In this document: positions 39,893 through 48,873 of the stretch, in pieces
Position numbering within the stretch: the stretch's first letter is position 1
How the letters are laid out: each line of letters opens with the position of its first letter
Assembly (NCBI GenBank): GCA_038882955.1
Contig: JAVZNC010000002.1
Span: forward strand, 32,001 to 96,000
Reading direction: 5' to 3'
Source: Candidatus Bathyarchaeia archaeon
GTDB lineage: Archaea > Thermoproteota > Bathyarchaeia > Bathyarchaeales > Bathycorpusculaceae
DNA length: 64,000 bases
Notes under the pieces: model-generated
Database searches by the model: none
Seen by the model: only the letters and a program-made list of their open reading frames with translations
Told to the model about the DNA's origin: nothing
Program-made: the position numbers and the translations under genes

Positions 39893-40753
39893 TTGTTTCC
39901 GAAAGTTCCGGACCAGCACAAGCCAAACAAGCCGTTGGTTCCAAACGGCTTAGGCGCAATTTACGTTATAGCTAGTGCCGTATACCTTTTCACTCTTGAA
40001 TATTTTCGTTCTCCAAGCGATAATGTTTCTAAGGCTTTAACTTTGGCTGTCTGCATACTGTTCGGCGGGTTTATGGGTTTGCTCGATGATTGGATGGATT
40101 TGCGTTGGCGCTATAAGGCTTTCTTTCCGTTAATTGCTGCTATACCGCTTGCTTCTTTGGCTATGAGGCTCGGAGTGAGAACTTCAATGACAATTCCTTT
40201 GATAGGAGTTGTTTTAGATTTTGGTTCTGCTTATTTTTTGGTGGTCATTCCGTTAATTGTTACTATAACCACAAACACCGTGAATCAGCTCGGTGGGCTA
40301 AATGGTCTGGAAACGGTTTGTCCAGCCATAGTATTGGTTGGGTTGATGGTTATGTCTGGCGATAATGCTGTTCTCTTGTATGTTCCATTGGCTGTTTGGT
40401 TGATTTTGGCTTTTTTAAATTTTCGAGGCAGAATTTTTGTTGGAAATACTGGGTCTTTCGCCATCGGGATAACTTTGTCGGCTTTTGCAATAATTTCCGA
40501 TTTAAAAATGAGTCTGGTGGTTTGCATCTTACCATATATTTTTAATTCAGCGTTAATCTTGTTGTCATATTTTCTTTTTAGGGTTAAGGCGCATGTTTCT
40601 TTTGATGGAGAAAGACTCGTTTCAGACCATAGAAGAAGCTTGGTTACGCTGATTACTTATAATCGTCCGTTGAGAGAACGCCAAGTGGTGGTTATAGTTT
40701 CGCTTATAGTGGCGCTTTTCACCCTATTTGCTGTTCTTCTCGAGTTTTTATGA
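39893..40753 (+). CDS. Polyprenyl-P GlcNAc-1-P transferase (AglH/Alg7/MraY family)
   Basis: GLLDD, NTVNQLGGLNGLE, IFVGNTGS. Confidence 0.85.
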   Translation: MFPKVPDQHKPNKPLVPNGLGAIYVIASAVYLFTLEYFRSPSDNVSKALTLAVCILFGGFMGLLDDWMDLRWRYKAFFPLIAAIPLASLAMRLGVRTSMTIPLIGVVLDFGSAYFLVVIPLIVTITTNTVNQLGGLNGLETVCPAIVLVGLMVMSGDNAVLLYVPLAVWLILAFLNFRGRIFVGNTGSFAIGITLSAFAIISDLKMSLVVCILPYIFNSALILLSYFLFRVKAHVSFDGERLVSDHRRSLVTLITYNRPLRERQVVVIVSLIVALFTLFAVLLEFL

Positions 40754-40942
40754 GCGTACTTTTTATGCGTGCTGTGTGCGTAGCATTTTGCTACACACAA
40801 AAGGCAAAAATCGGTTTTAGTCGAGGCTTAATTGCGAGAGGCTGAATGGCTAAAGAAAATGCTGTTTGGTTAGAGTGAGGAATCAACTATTTGCCCAGCA
40901 TTATATGTTCCTAACGTTTCAGTTAAGGTTGAAATTTCAAAA

Positions 40943-41380
40943 TTGTTAGGTGTAAGGCTTGACGTTAAGACTGGTGGGGCTGAAACTATAAATTTTGATG
41001 TTAAGGCAAGGCTTGAGGAGAGAGAGCGTAAAAGCCAGCTTGTCGTTGTTAACTTCAGCCTCGTCCTCTCTACAAAGCCAAGTGTGGTTAAGTTTGAAAT
41101 TGAAGGTGCAGCAACATTAACTGGCAAGGATTCCGAAATAAGCAAGATGTTAGAAGTGGACCCAGAAACAAAAGTGCCATACGTCTTCCACAGGGTTTAC
41201 CAACATGCATTCACAGCCATGTACTTACTGTCGACAATTCTAAACACGCCGCCTCCACCACAAGACTTGCTATTCTCAAATAGGGAGCAAGGACTGCCAA
41301 TCGAAGACGTTAACGTGGAAGTAGCCGAAGCAGCCGCAGACCTTGTTAAGGTTCAAACTGAAACAGAGAGCAAAACTTAA
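40943..41380 (+). CDS. Hypothetical SecB-like fold protein (true start probably upstream)
   Basis: Beta-rich region, helix and PPP tail; frame is open back to 40874 with no earlier canonical start. Confidence 0.55.
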   Translation: MLGVRLDVKTGGAETINFDVKARLEERERKSQLVVVNFSLVLSTKPSVVKFEIEGAATLTGKDSEISKMLEVDPETKVPYVFHRVYQHAFTAMYLLSTILNTPPPPQDLLFSNREQGLPIEDVNVEVAEAAADLVKVQTETESKT

Positions 41381-41408
41381 TAGCGTTAGAGAATTTTCCA
41401 TATGCAAA

Positions 41409-41469
41409 TGGCGGGTGAGTGGACCTCCACCCGTTCCGCCACATAAACCCCGGTGTAGGAGGTGGAAAA
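41409..41469 (+). promoter_or_regulatory. Structured 5' leader of queT with anti-SD; candidate riboswitch
   Basis: UGGCGG/CCGCCA stem; loop ACCUCC complementary to SD GGAGGU. Confidence 0.5.
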
Positions 41470-41958
41470 GTGAAATTTGGTAGTAAAGAGGCGGTGTTGA
41501 CTGCGGTTTTCGCTGGGCTTTATGCTGCTTGTGTGGTTCTCCTTGCGCCTATAAGCTTTGGAGTTTACCAAGTTAGAGTTGCTGATGCTCTGCTGCCGTT
41601 GTCCATCATATTTGGGTTGCCGAGTGCCATAGGCTTAAGCCTTGGATGTTTAGTCGCGAATTTCTATGGCAGTTTAGGAATAATCGACATTGTTGGTGGA
41701 ACAATTGCAAACTTTGTAGCGTGTACGTTGGCTTGGTACGTTGGCAAAGGCGGATTTGTGCGAAGGTTATTTGGAAGTTTTGTTGAAACGCTGGCTATAA
41801 CGGTGATTGTTGGAGGCTACTTGTCGCTAATATTCAATGTTCCAGTTGAAATTGGCTTGCTCGGCATATTCATAGGCTCTGTCGTAGCGATAAATGTTCT
41901 TGGCTTTGCGTTGGAAGAGGGCTTATATCGAAGCGGCATATGGAAAGGTGTCAAGTAA
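41470..41958 (+). CDS. queT: QueT-family (COG4708) transporter / ECF S component
   Basis: LAPISFGVYQVRVADAL..L...GLSLGCLVANF...GIIDIVGG; SD AGGAGGTGG before GTG 41470. Confidence 0.85.
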   Translation: MKFGSKEAVLTAVFAGLYAACVVLLAPISFGVYQVRVADALLPLSIIFGLPSAIGLSLGCLVANFYGSLGIIDIVGGTIANFVACTLAWYVGKGGFVRRLFGSFVETLAITVIVGGYLSLIFNVPVEIGLLGIFIGSVVAINVLGFALEEGLYRSGIWKGVK

Positions 41959-41973
41959 CATACGACAAAATCT

Positions 41974-44655
41974 TTACATGAAGCGTTCCAGTTTTGTCAG
42001 CCCTATTATTTCATCAAAGTCTAGACCCAATGCGTCCAGAACTTGGTCAAACGTTGAGTGGAGATACGCGATGTACTTGTCAACGTCTATTTCGTTGTTT
42101 GTCGCTAGCTCTACCGGTTTGACGTGTGGTTCTTTAACTACTTTGACGAAGCTTATGAGGTCTCCAGCTTTAAGCTCTAATCCTCCCTCTTTTAGGATTC
42201 TTGCCGCTTTGACGTGTTGTGGCGTTGTTTTTGTGTAGCGTTCTGGTTCTTCACCTAGCACTACATTGAAGGCTAGTTCTTCTAGGCTTGTCCATTCTCG
42301 TCTTTTTAGGCGCATGTAGCAGTCGCGGATTATTTCACATGTGTCTTTTTTGGCTTTTTCAAAGTCTGCTGGCGTTTTCACTGTGGCTAGGCGTTCCTTC
42401 ATTCTGTCAAAAGCCTTCTTGATGAACAGTGGTATGTGCCTTTTCTTGCCCGTTAATCCCTTAACGTCGACGCTTCCGTCCTCTAAAACTCCGAGATAAT
42501 TCTTTTTGCGTGAGCTGAAAACGATGTATCTGTAGATTTTGTCCACGTCCAAGCTCATTTTTAATTCGCTTTCAGCCCACTTGGACAGTTCTTCGATCTG
42601 CTCTTTTGACGGGTTTTTTAAGAATATGCTGTCCGTGTCGCCGTAAAGCACCTGGATGTTAAGTTCCTTGGCTTTGTTGATTATCTGTGTTATTGAGTGT
42701 CGCCCTATGGCTGCTGTTGCTTCAGCGACTGGTGGACAATAGAGGTCAAAGGTTTCGGCTCCGAAGACGCCGTAGCTTGCATTCAAAATAACCTTTAAGG
42801 CGCCTTGGATGGGATTGTACCAGCCTTTAAGCTCCTTTGAGAGGCTTTTGTCTTTTGACCTTGGTTTGTACCAGCGCACGCGCAGGTCCCTAAGTGAGCC
42901 TATTAGGAGGCTTTCTAATGCCCGTTTTTTGGTGCAAACCCAGTGTGGCGTGTCTGGGATTAGGTTGCTGCGACATTCTGGATGTTGGCATAAGATTGAT
43001 TGGTAGCCCAGGTTCCAAACTTTTATTATTGATGGGTATAGGCTTTGGAAGTCCAAGTCTGCCACGTTGAAGTGGACGCCTGGCACTGGTTCAACGACTA
43101 TTGCACCTTTGTATTTTTTGCCTTTGATTATGGCTTTTGTGGCGGTTTTGCCTTTCACGGCTAGGATTTCCTCTGCGTTTGGGATGAGCATGTTTCTTCT
43201 GCGGTGCTCTCTGTGTAGGAAATTCCTTATCCAACGTGAAACTCCTTGGCGGCTCACGTCTTCCATTGGCATGCTGCTTATCCTAGCCAAAACCAGGATG
43301 AGTTTCATTACTAGCTCGTCTTCGAAGCTTGTAAGTTTGAAGGTTATTTCCGCGTCTCTAAAGCAGTATTTTGCAAGTTCCGTGTAAGTTAATTCGCCTA
43401 AGTTCTTTTCTAGGCGTATTTTTTCCATGCCAATTAGGGCTTTGCCAACATCGTCGAGGGTTACGTCCCTATAACGGTTGTTGAAGGCGTAAATTTGGAT
43501 TGAACGATTGAAGAAGAACTTGTAAAGGTCTATGTGAACGCCATATTTTAGAAGGCAGACGCGCTTGCCAACATCTATTGGAATTTCGTCCCTTCTGAAA
43601 CCGAATTTTTCTGCTCTGTGCACCAAATAACGTAGGTCAAAATCATCCCCGTTAAAAGTTATGACGAAGGGATAATCCCACAAAACTTCAAAAATAGCTT
43701 TTATAAGCTTCTCTTCCGAGTCAAAATATTCTAGGTTTACGTCAGCGGGCAAATGTTCGGTTCCTTCTCGGACTCCCTCACGCTCCAAAAGCAACACTTT
43801 CATTAGCCCATCAGAACCGTAAAGTGAAGCGCACACGATTGGGTATTCTGCCTCGCGGGCATCTGGCATACGTGTTGGAATTGGTGAGTAAACTTCTATG
43901 TCCAACGCTACGCGGCGAAACTTGGGAGCGGGATACTCTAGAAGCCTCGCCCACTGTTCAATGTACTGTAACTCCTCTTCTGTTGCGCCTTCAAAGAGGC
44001 TCATTATCTGCTTTACAGTTTTTTCTGATTCATTCAAACTTTTCATGACAAGTTTGCCGTTTCTAATTTCGTAGAGCATTCCAGGCCACAAGTCATTGTC
44101 GTAAATGTATGACTGGTAATACTTTATTTTTGATTCCCAAACCTTGATTTGTTCTTGGGCTATTGGCGTGTCGGCCACTTTTGGGAAGTCTTCTGGGATT
44201 ATGTCTCTAATGCAGCCTTTTGGTCGTCCTCCAATCGCTAGGGGGTCTTTAGCCACAATCTTTGTTACTTTCACAGTCTTATTCAATAACGGGTCAAATT
44301 TTTCCACGATTTCAAAATGGTCGAAGCCTTGATGTTGCCTTAGGTGGTCTATTTTTTCGAGTTCTAATGGTGAAAGGTTTGTGAGGCAATAAGGCTTATG
44401 CCCGCTATTGTCGTACCAAAAGTAGATTTTGCCCGAGACTGGCTCGTAAAGTTTGATTAGGACTTTTCCAGCTTTTCCATCATACGTGGCTGAAACAAAG
44501 TATGATGATGGCAGGTTTTCTGGCGCCAACGGCGGGAATGTTCGTTTTTCTTTTTCCTTTTTTATGGTTTCTGTGAAGGGTAGGGCTTCTGCTTCTTTTT
44601 CTTTTAATGTTTCGGTTTTTGGTTTGTAGAAGTCTTCTAGACGTTTCTGCGCCAT
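41974..44655 (-). CDS. polB: Family B DNA polymerase (PolB1 type)
   Basis: DIEV, FNGDDFD exonuclease motifs; DFQSLYPSII, KVILNASYG, YGDTDS; no intein. Confidence 0.96.
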   Translation of the reverse strand: MAQKRLEDFYKPKTETLKEKEAEALPFTETIKKEKEKRTFPPLAPENLPSSYFVSATYDGKAGKVLIKLYEPVSGKIYFWYDNSGHKPYCLTNLSPLELEKIDHLRQHQGFDHFEIVEKFDPLLNKTVKVTKIVAKDPLAIGGRPKGCIRDIIPEDFPKVADTPIAQEQIKVWESKIKYYQSYIYDNDLWPGMLYEIRNGKLVMKSLNESEKTVKQIMSLFEGATEEELQYIEQWARLLEYPAPKFRRVALDIEVYSPIPTRMPDAREAEYPIVCASLYGSDGLMKVLLLEREGVREGTEHLPADVNLEYFDSEEKLIKAIFEVLWDYPFVITFNGDDFDLRYLVHRAEKFGFRRDEIPIDVGKRVCLLKYGVHIDLYKFFFNRSIQIYAFNNRYRDVTLDDVGKALIGMEKIRLEKNLGELTYTELAKYCFRDAEITFKLTSFEDELVMKLILVLARISSMPMEDVSRQGVSRWIRNFLHREHRRRNMLIPNAEEILAVKGKTATKAIIKGKKYKGAIVVEPVPGVHFNVADLDFQSLYPSIIKVWNLGYQSILCQHPECRSNLIPDTPHWVCTKKRALESLLIGSLRDLRVRWYKPRSKDKSLSKELKGWYNPIQGALKVILNASYGVFGAETFDLYCPPVAEATAAIGRHSITQIINKAKELNIQVLYGDTDSIFLKNPSKEQIEELSKWAESELKMSLDVDKIYRYIVFSSRKKNYLGVLEDGSVDVKGLTGKKRHIPLFIKKAFDRMKERLATVKTPADFEKAKKDTCEIIRDCYMRLKRREWTSLEELAFNVVLGEEPERYTKTTPQHVKAARILKEGGLELKAGDLISFVKVVKEPHVKPVELATNNEIDVDKYIAYLHSTFDQVLDALGLDFDEIIGLTKLERFM

Positions 44656-44868
44656 TCAGTCCCTAACCCAACTAACCTTATGAGCACCATATCCTAAAAT
44701 CTCTTACTGAAAATGTTTCTTTGACGACTTTTGTAGTCCTTGACTGTTAGGGGTCTGTTTTTGGCTTTGAAACTAACCAATAGGTGTCTACCCCCTCTAG
44801 TTTTCTGGTGCGTTGCGCCTTTAATCTTATTTATTTCTCACGCATTTGTTATGAATTTGTGAATAGAG

Positions 44869-46221
44869 TTGCTTAAGGAAGCTTGGACGCTTGCCATTGA
44901 AAGCCTAAGTTGGATGGAAATGCAAAAGTTAAGCGAGCGACTAGCATTGGCTAAAACTGTTAGGCAGTTGGGCATTGACGACGCGGATGCAGTGCGGTTT
45001 GCGCACATGCTTGTTTGCGAAACCGTTAGGCGTCGAAACTTCATAGACACTTTCATAAACAATGTTTTGAAGCCAAAAACCATCGGCGAATTTGACTTGG
45101 GCGTTCAAGCCTTTTTGAGACTTTACGTTTACCAAACGCGCATAGCCAGAAACTGGCTGAAAATTGATGTTAAGGAAGCTGAAAACATAGCGAAAATTGT
45201 CCGTGCGATTCTCGGATGGAAAAGCCTTAAAGAAGTTGAGCCTTTTTTGGGCGCTTTGCTTACTCAAAATCCTAGGAGCGTGCTTGATGGTTTAGGCGAC
45301 GAGGAAAAGATTGCGCTTTTAACGTTTCACCCAACATGGTTTGTCAAGTACTGTTTCAGGCTTTTTGGGCGTGTTGAAGCCATAAAAATTTTAGAGGCAA
45401 ACTTGCAGTCTCCGCCAACATACATTAGGTTGAACACGCTGAAGACTGACGAAGAAACAATTTTGGACGAACTTGAAAAGGAAGGCGTGAAGGTTGAAAA
45501 GGTCAAAGAGCTAAAGTATGCCTACAAGGTTTTAGCCGCTCAAAAGCCGTTAACGCGCATAGAGAGTTTCCAAAAAGGCTTGTTCTATATACAGGATAAG
45601 GCGAGTTGTTTTGCTGCTGAAGCGTCAAATCCCCAGCCCGACATGGTTGTTCTCGATGTCTGCGCTGCTCCTGGAGCAAAAACCACGTATTTGGCGCAGT
45701 TGATGCAGAACCGCGGCGCAATATACTCAATCGACTATTCAAAGCGTAGAATTGGCGTATGGAAAAGCGAAATTACCCGTATGAGCGTAAATATAGCCAT
45801 TCCAATAATTGCTGATGCATGCAACCATTTACCCGTCAAACTGGAAGCGGACATCGTCATTTTAGACCCGCCGTGCACGAGCACGGGCGCATTTGGAAAG
45901 CTACCCTCAGCCAGGTGGAGGCTTACAAGGCGTTCTGTTGATAAGATGGCTGAAATTCAGTGGCAGATGCTTTGCAGTTGCGCAGACAAGGTGAAGAATG
46001 GCGGCAGGCTTGTTTATTCTACTTGCAGCATAACAACTGAAGAAAACGAGATGCTTATTGAGCGTTTCTTGAAGTGGCATCCAGAATTTTCCTTGGTTGA
46101 CATAGCGCCAAAAATGGGTTTGCCTGGATTAAGAGAATTAGAAAAGTGTAGGCGACTTTATCCGCACATACATTCTTGTAATGGGTTTTTCATTGCACAA
46201 ATGTTAAAGAGCAAAAGTTAG
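44869..46221 (+). CDS. RsmB/NOP2-family m5C RNA methyltransferase with NusB-like N-terminus
   Basis: QDKAS, DVCAAPGAKT, DPPC, YSTCS...ENE, GFFIA. Confidence 0.92.
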   Translation: MLKEAWTLAIESLSWMEMQKLSERLALAKTVRQLGIDDADAVRFAHMLVCETVRRRNFIDTFINNVLKPKTIGEFDLGVQAFLRLYVYQTRIARNWLKIDVKEAENIAKIVRAILGWKSLKEVEPFLGALLTQNPRSVLDGLGDEEKIALLTFHPTWFVKYCFRLFGRVEAIKILEANLQSPPTYIRLNTLKTDEETILDELEKEGVKVEKVKELKYAYKVLAAQKPLTRIESFQKGLFYIQDKASCFAAEASNPQPDMVVLDVCAAPGAKTTYLAQLMQNRGAIYSIDYSKRRIGVWKSEITRMSVNIAIPIIADACNHLPVKLEADIVILDPPCTSTGAFGKLPSARWRLTRRSVDKMAEIQWQMLCSCADKVKNGGRLVYSTCSITTEENEMLIERFLKWHPEFSLVDIAPKMGLPGLRELEKCRRLYPHIHSCNGFFIAQMLKSKS

Positions 46222-46234
46222 ATGAAGAGTGAAA

Positions 46235-47137
46235 TTAAGCCTTTTTTCGAGATTTCTCCAAATAACAGAGCACCTCAAAAATTACTTTTGCTGCTTGTAC
46301 TGCTGAAACTCCTTGGTCATAGTTTGGCGCAACTTCTACAACGTCAAAGCCGATAATCCTTTTGTCGCAGATGCTTTCAAGGATGTCAAATAGCGTGTGC
46401 GTTTCAATTCCATCTGGTTCTGGGTTCTGCACTGCTGGAGCATAAGCGGGGTCCAGTACGTCCATGTCAACTGATAGGTAGATGCTTTTGTATGCTGCAA
46501 GTTTCTCCCTCAATTTTTCGGCAATTCCTTTGCTCCCTTCCTTCCGTATTTGCCGTGTCGTGAAAAATTCTATTTTTGCCTTTTTCGCATAGGCTAGTTC
46601 CTCTTTGCAGACTGCTCTTGTGCCAACTTCAAAAATCTTCGCTTGCTTTAACTCCTCATTTATTCTTCGCATGAAAGTTGTATGCGAAAGTTTCAAATCC
46701 ATAAACTCATTTCGCAAATCAAGATGCGCATCAAAACTTACAAGCGCTGTCTTTTGCGCTTTGCTTCTTAAACCAGCCACAACGCCAAAAGTTATTGTGT
46801 GTTCTCCGCCAATTGCCACTGGAATTTTTTCAGCATCAAAAATTTCTGCAGCAACATCCGCGGTTCTTTTAAGCGTTTCTTTTATGTTTGCAGAGACATG
46901 CAAGTCTCCCAAATCATATATTTTCAAGTCTTCAATGTCAACTCCAGTGCGAAAGCTGTAAGTTTCAATGTTTAGTGATGCTTGCCTGATGGCTGTTGGT
47001 CCAAACCTTGCTCCAGTGCGGTATGTGCTCGTTACGTCGAATGGAACTCCAAAAACCACATAGTCAGCCTCTTCGAAACTCTTCTGGAAGCCGCTGAAAA
47101 TGTTTGGTTGCGAAGTAAAAAGTTCGCGTTTACCCAT
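46235..47137 (-). CDS. speB: Agmatinase
   Basis: GARFGP, GGEH, FDAHLD, SVDMDVLDP. Confidence 0.92.
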   Translation of the reverse strand: MGKRELFTSQPNIFSGFQKSFEEADYVVFGVPFDVTSTYRTGARFGPTAIRQASLNIETYSFRTGVDIEDLKIYDLGDLHVSANIKETLKRTADVAAEIFDAEKIPVAIGGEHTITFGVVAGLRSKAQKTALVSFDAHLDLRNEFMDLKLSHTTFMRRINEELKQAKIFEVGTRAVCKEELAYAKKAKIEFFTTRQIRKEGSKGIAEKLREKLAAYKSIYLSVDMDVLDPAYAPAVQNPEPDGIETHTLFDILESICDKRIIGFDVVEVAPNYDQGVSAVQAAKVIFEVLCYLEKSRKKA

Positions 47138-47291
47138 ATCTTTTCTCCTTTTTGGAGTGACATATTCTATTGCGTCTGTTTCTAAATTTTTCGTTTTATA
47201 AGCCGGCATATGCGATGCAGCGGGCTTTAAGACATTAAATTTATTAATGTTGCCGTTAAATGCATTAGAAGTTAAAAGGAGCGAACAGAAA

Positions 47292-47648
47292 TTGTCAATT
47301 AAATCTAAACTCAAAATTGAAAGCACTGGAATGCTTCTAGCTTCCGTGTTCTACCTTGTTGCTGGCGCTTTGTGTTTCTACTTCTTGGCTGAAAACCTAA
47401 GCTTAATTCACATCGGCATAATCGGGATTCTCAGCGTAATAACCGCCTATGGAGTTTTCAGCAAGCGCTTTTGGGCTTTTTGGACAGCAATCATACTTTT
47501 CTTTATGGTCACAATGTTTTCCGCTGTTATGCTCTACTACTTTCTTGGAACAGACATAATCCTCGACATAAGCTTCGCGGCATACTTAATACTCACATGG
47601 ATTTCCACGGCATATTTAGCCTCTAAAAGGAAAAACCTTGCAAGCTAA
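47292..47648 (+). CDS. Four-TM membrane protein
   Basis: Four hydrophobic helices; start inferred. Confidence 0.65.
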   Translation: MSIKSKLKIESTGMLLASVFYLVAGALCFYFLAENLSLIHIGIIGILSVITAYGVFSKRFWAFWTAIILFFMVTMFSAVMLYYFLGTDIILDISFAAYLILTWISTAYLASKRKNLAS

Positions 47649-48873
47649 ACAATCTAACAACGACTTCTTCCCCTTCCTCCACAAATTGCTGGTTTTCCAC
47701 AATTTCAATGAAACCGTCAGCCCTTGCAAGAGTTGTTATCGCCCCAGAAAGCCCAAACTGAACCGGCTCGGCTAGGAGACGATTCTTTTCATCGCGAACA
47801 AGCCTAACCATAACGAAGGTTCGCCTACCCTTAGCTGGAAAAATCCGCGTTGCTGAAAAAGCCTTAATCGTCAAGCCTTCTGTGACGCTTCTTCCAGTCA
47901 TGCTCAGGATTATTGGACGAACAAGAAGGTGGAAAATCAGCAATGCGGATGTTGGGTGTCCTGGAAGCGAAAAAACTGGTTTACTATTAACCACGGCTAC
48001 GGTTGTCGGCTTTCCAGGTTTTGTGGCAATTCCGCAGATTATAACGCCTGGTTTTCCAAGCGAATCTAGAATTTTGGGAATGATATCCTTTGGACCCACA
48101 GAAACCCCGCCTGAAGTTATTACGATGTCTGCTGATTCCAAAGCCTTTTCAAGCGCTTTTTGCAGCGTTTCCTTATCATCGGGGAATACTCCCATGTAAA
48201 CTGGTTTTCCACCGCTTTCCAAAACTGCTGCGCTTATGCTGTAAGCGTTTATGTCATAAATTTTTCCAGGAAGAAGCCTCTTGTCTGGTTCTGTTATTTC
48301 AGCGCCTGTTGACAAAACTGCCACTCTAGGGCCAATGTAAACTTTCACTTTCGCCGTTCCTAAGGCGGCTAAAACGCCTATCTCCCTCGAACCCAAAAGT
48401 TCTCCAGCCTTTAGAACAGTTTCGCCTCTTCTTATGTCTGCACCAGCCTTCATGACGTTTTCATCCTTCGCCACCGCGCTGTAAACATAGAGTGCATTAT
48501 TTTTCCGCTCCGTCTGTTCTACCGGAACAACAGCGTCTGCCCCTTCAGGCATGGGCGCTCCAGTCATGATTTCAGCCGCCATGCCCTTTCTAACTTTCAT
48601 TTTTGGTTTTTCTCCAACGTTCACTGTTCCGCAAATTTCCAACGTGACGGGTTTGTTTTCTTCTGCGCCAAACGTGTCCTGCGCCCTTACGGCGTATCCG
48701 TCGACTGTTGAACGGTTGAATGGCGGAATATCCAGGTTTGCGGTTACGTTTTCCGCAAGAACGCGGTTGTAGGCTTCTATGAGCGGAACTTCCTCAGCGC
48801 CCAATGGTTTTGGCTTAAAGTATTCTTTAATTTTTTGTTGGGTTTCCTCGAAAGTTAAAAGTCTCCTAAACAT
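47623..48873 (-). CDS. moeA: Molybdopterin molybdotransferase MoeA
   Basis: PPFNRSTVDGYA, TGAPMPEGADAV, SGGVSVG, KPGKP, LPGHP. Confidence 0.93.
   Translation of the reverse strand: MFRRLLTFEETQQKIKEYFKPKPLGAEEVPLIEAYNRVLAENVTANLDIPPFNRSTVDGYAVRAQDTFGAEENKPVTLEICGTVNVGEKPKMKVRKGMAAEIMTGAPMPEGADAVVPVEQTERKNNALYVYSAVAKDENVMKAGADIRRGETVLKAGELLGSREIGVLAALGTAKVKVYIGPRVAVLSTGAEITEPDKRLLPGKIYDINAYSISAAVLESGGKPVYMGVFPDDKETLQKALEKALESADIVITSGGVSVGPKDIIPKILDSLGKPGVIICGIATKPGKPTTVAVVNSKPVFSLPGHPTSALLIFHLLVRPIILSMTGRSVTEGLTIKAFSATRIFPAKGRRTFVMVRLVRDEKNRLLAEPVQFGLSGAITTLARADGFIEIVENQQFVEEGEEVVVRLFSLQGFSF

Noticed and set aside
41409-41446. H/ACA sRNA reading of the queT leader (hairpin followed by ACA)
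   Set aside because: The ~33-nt hairpin is too short, with no pseudouridylation pocket or K-turn.
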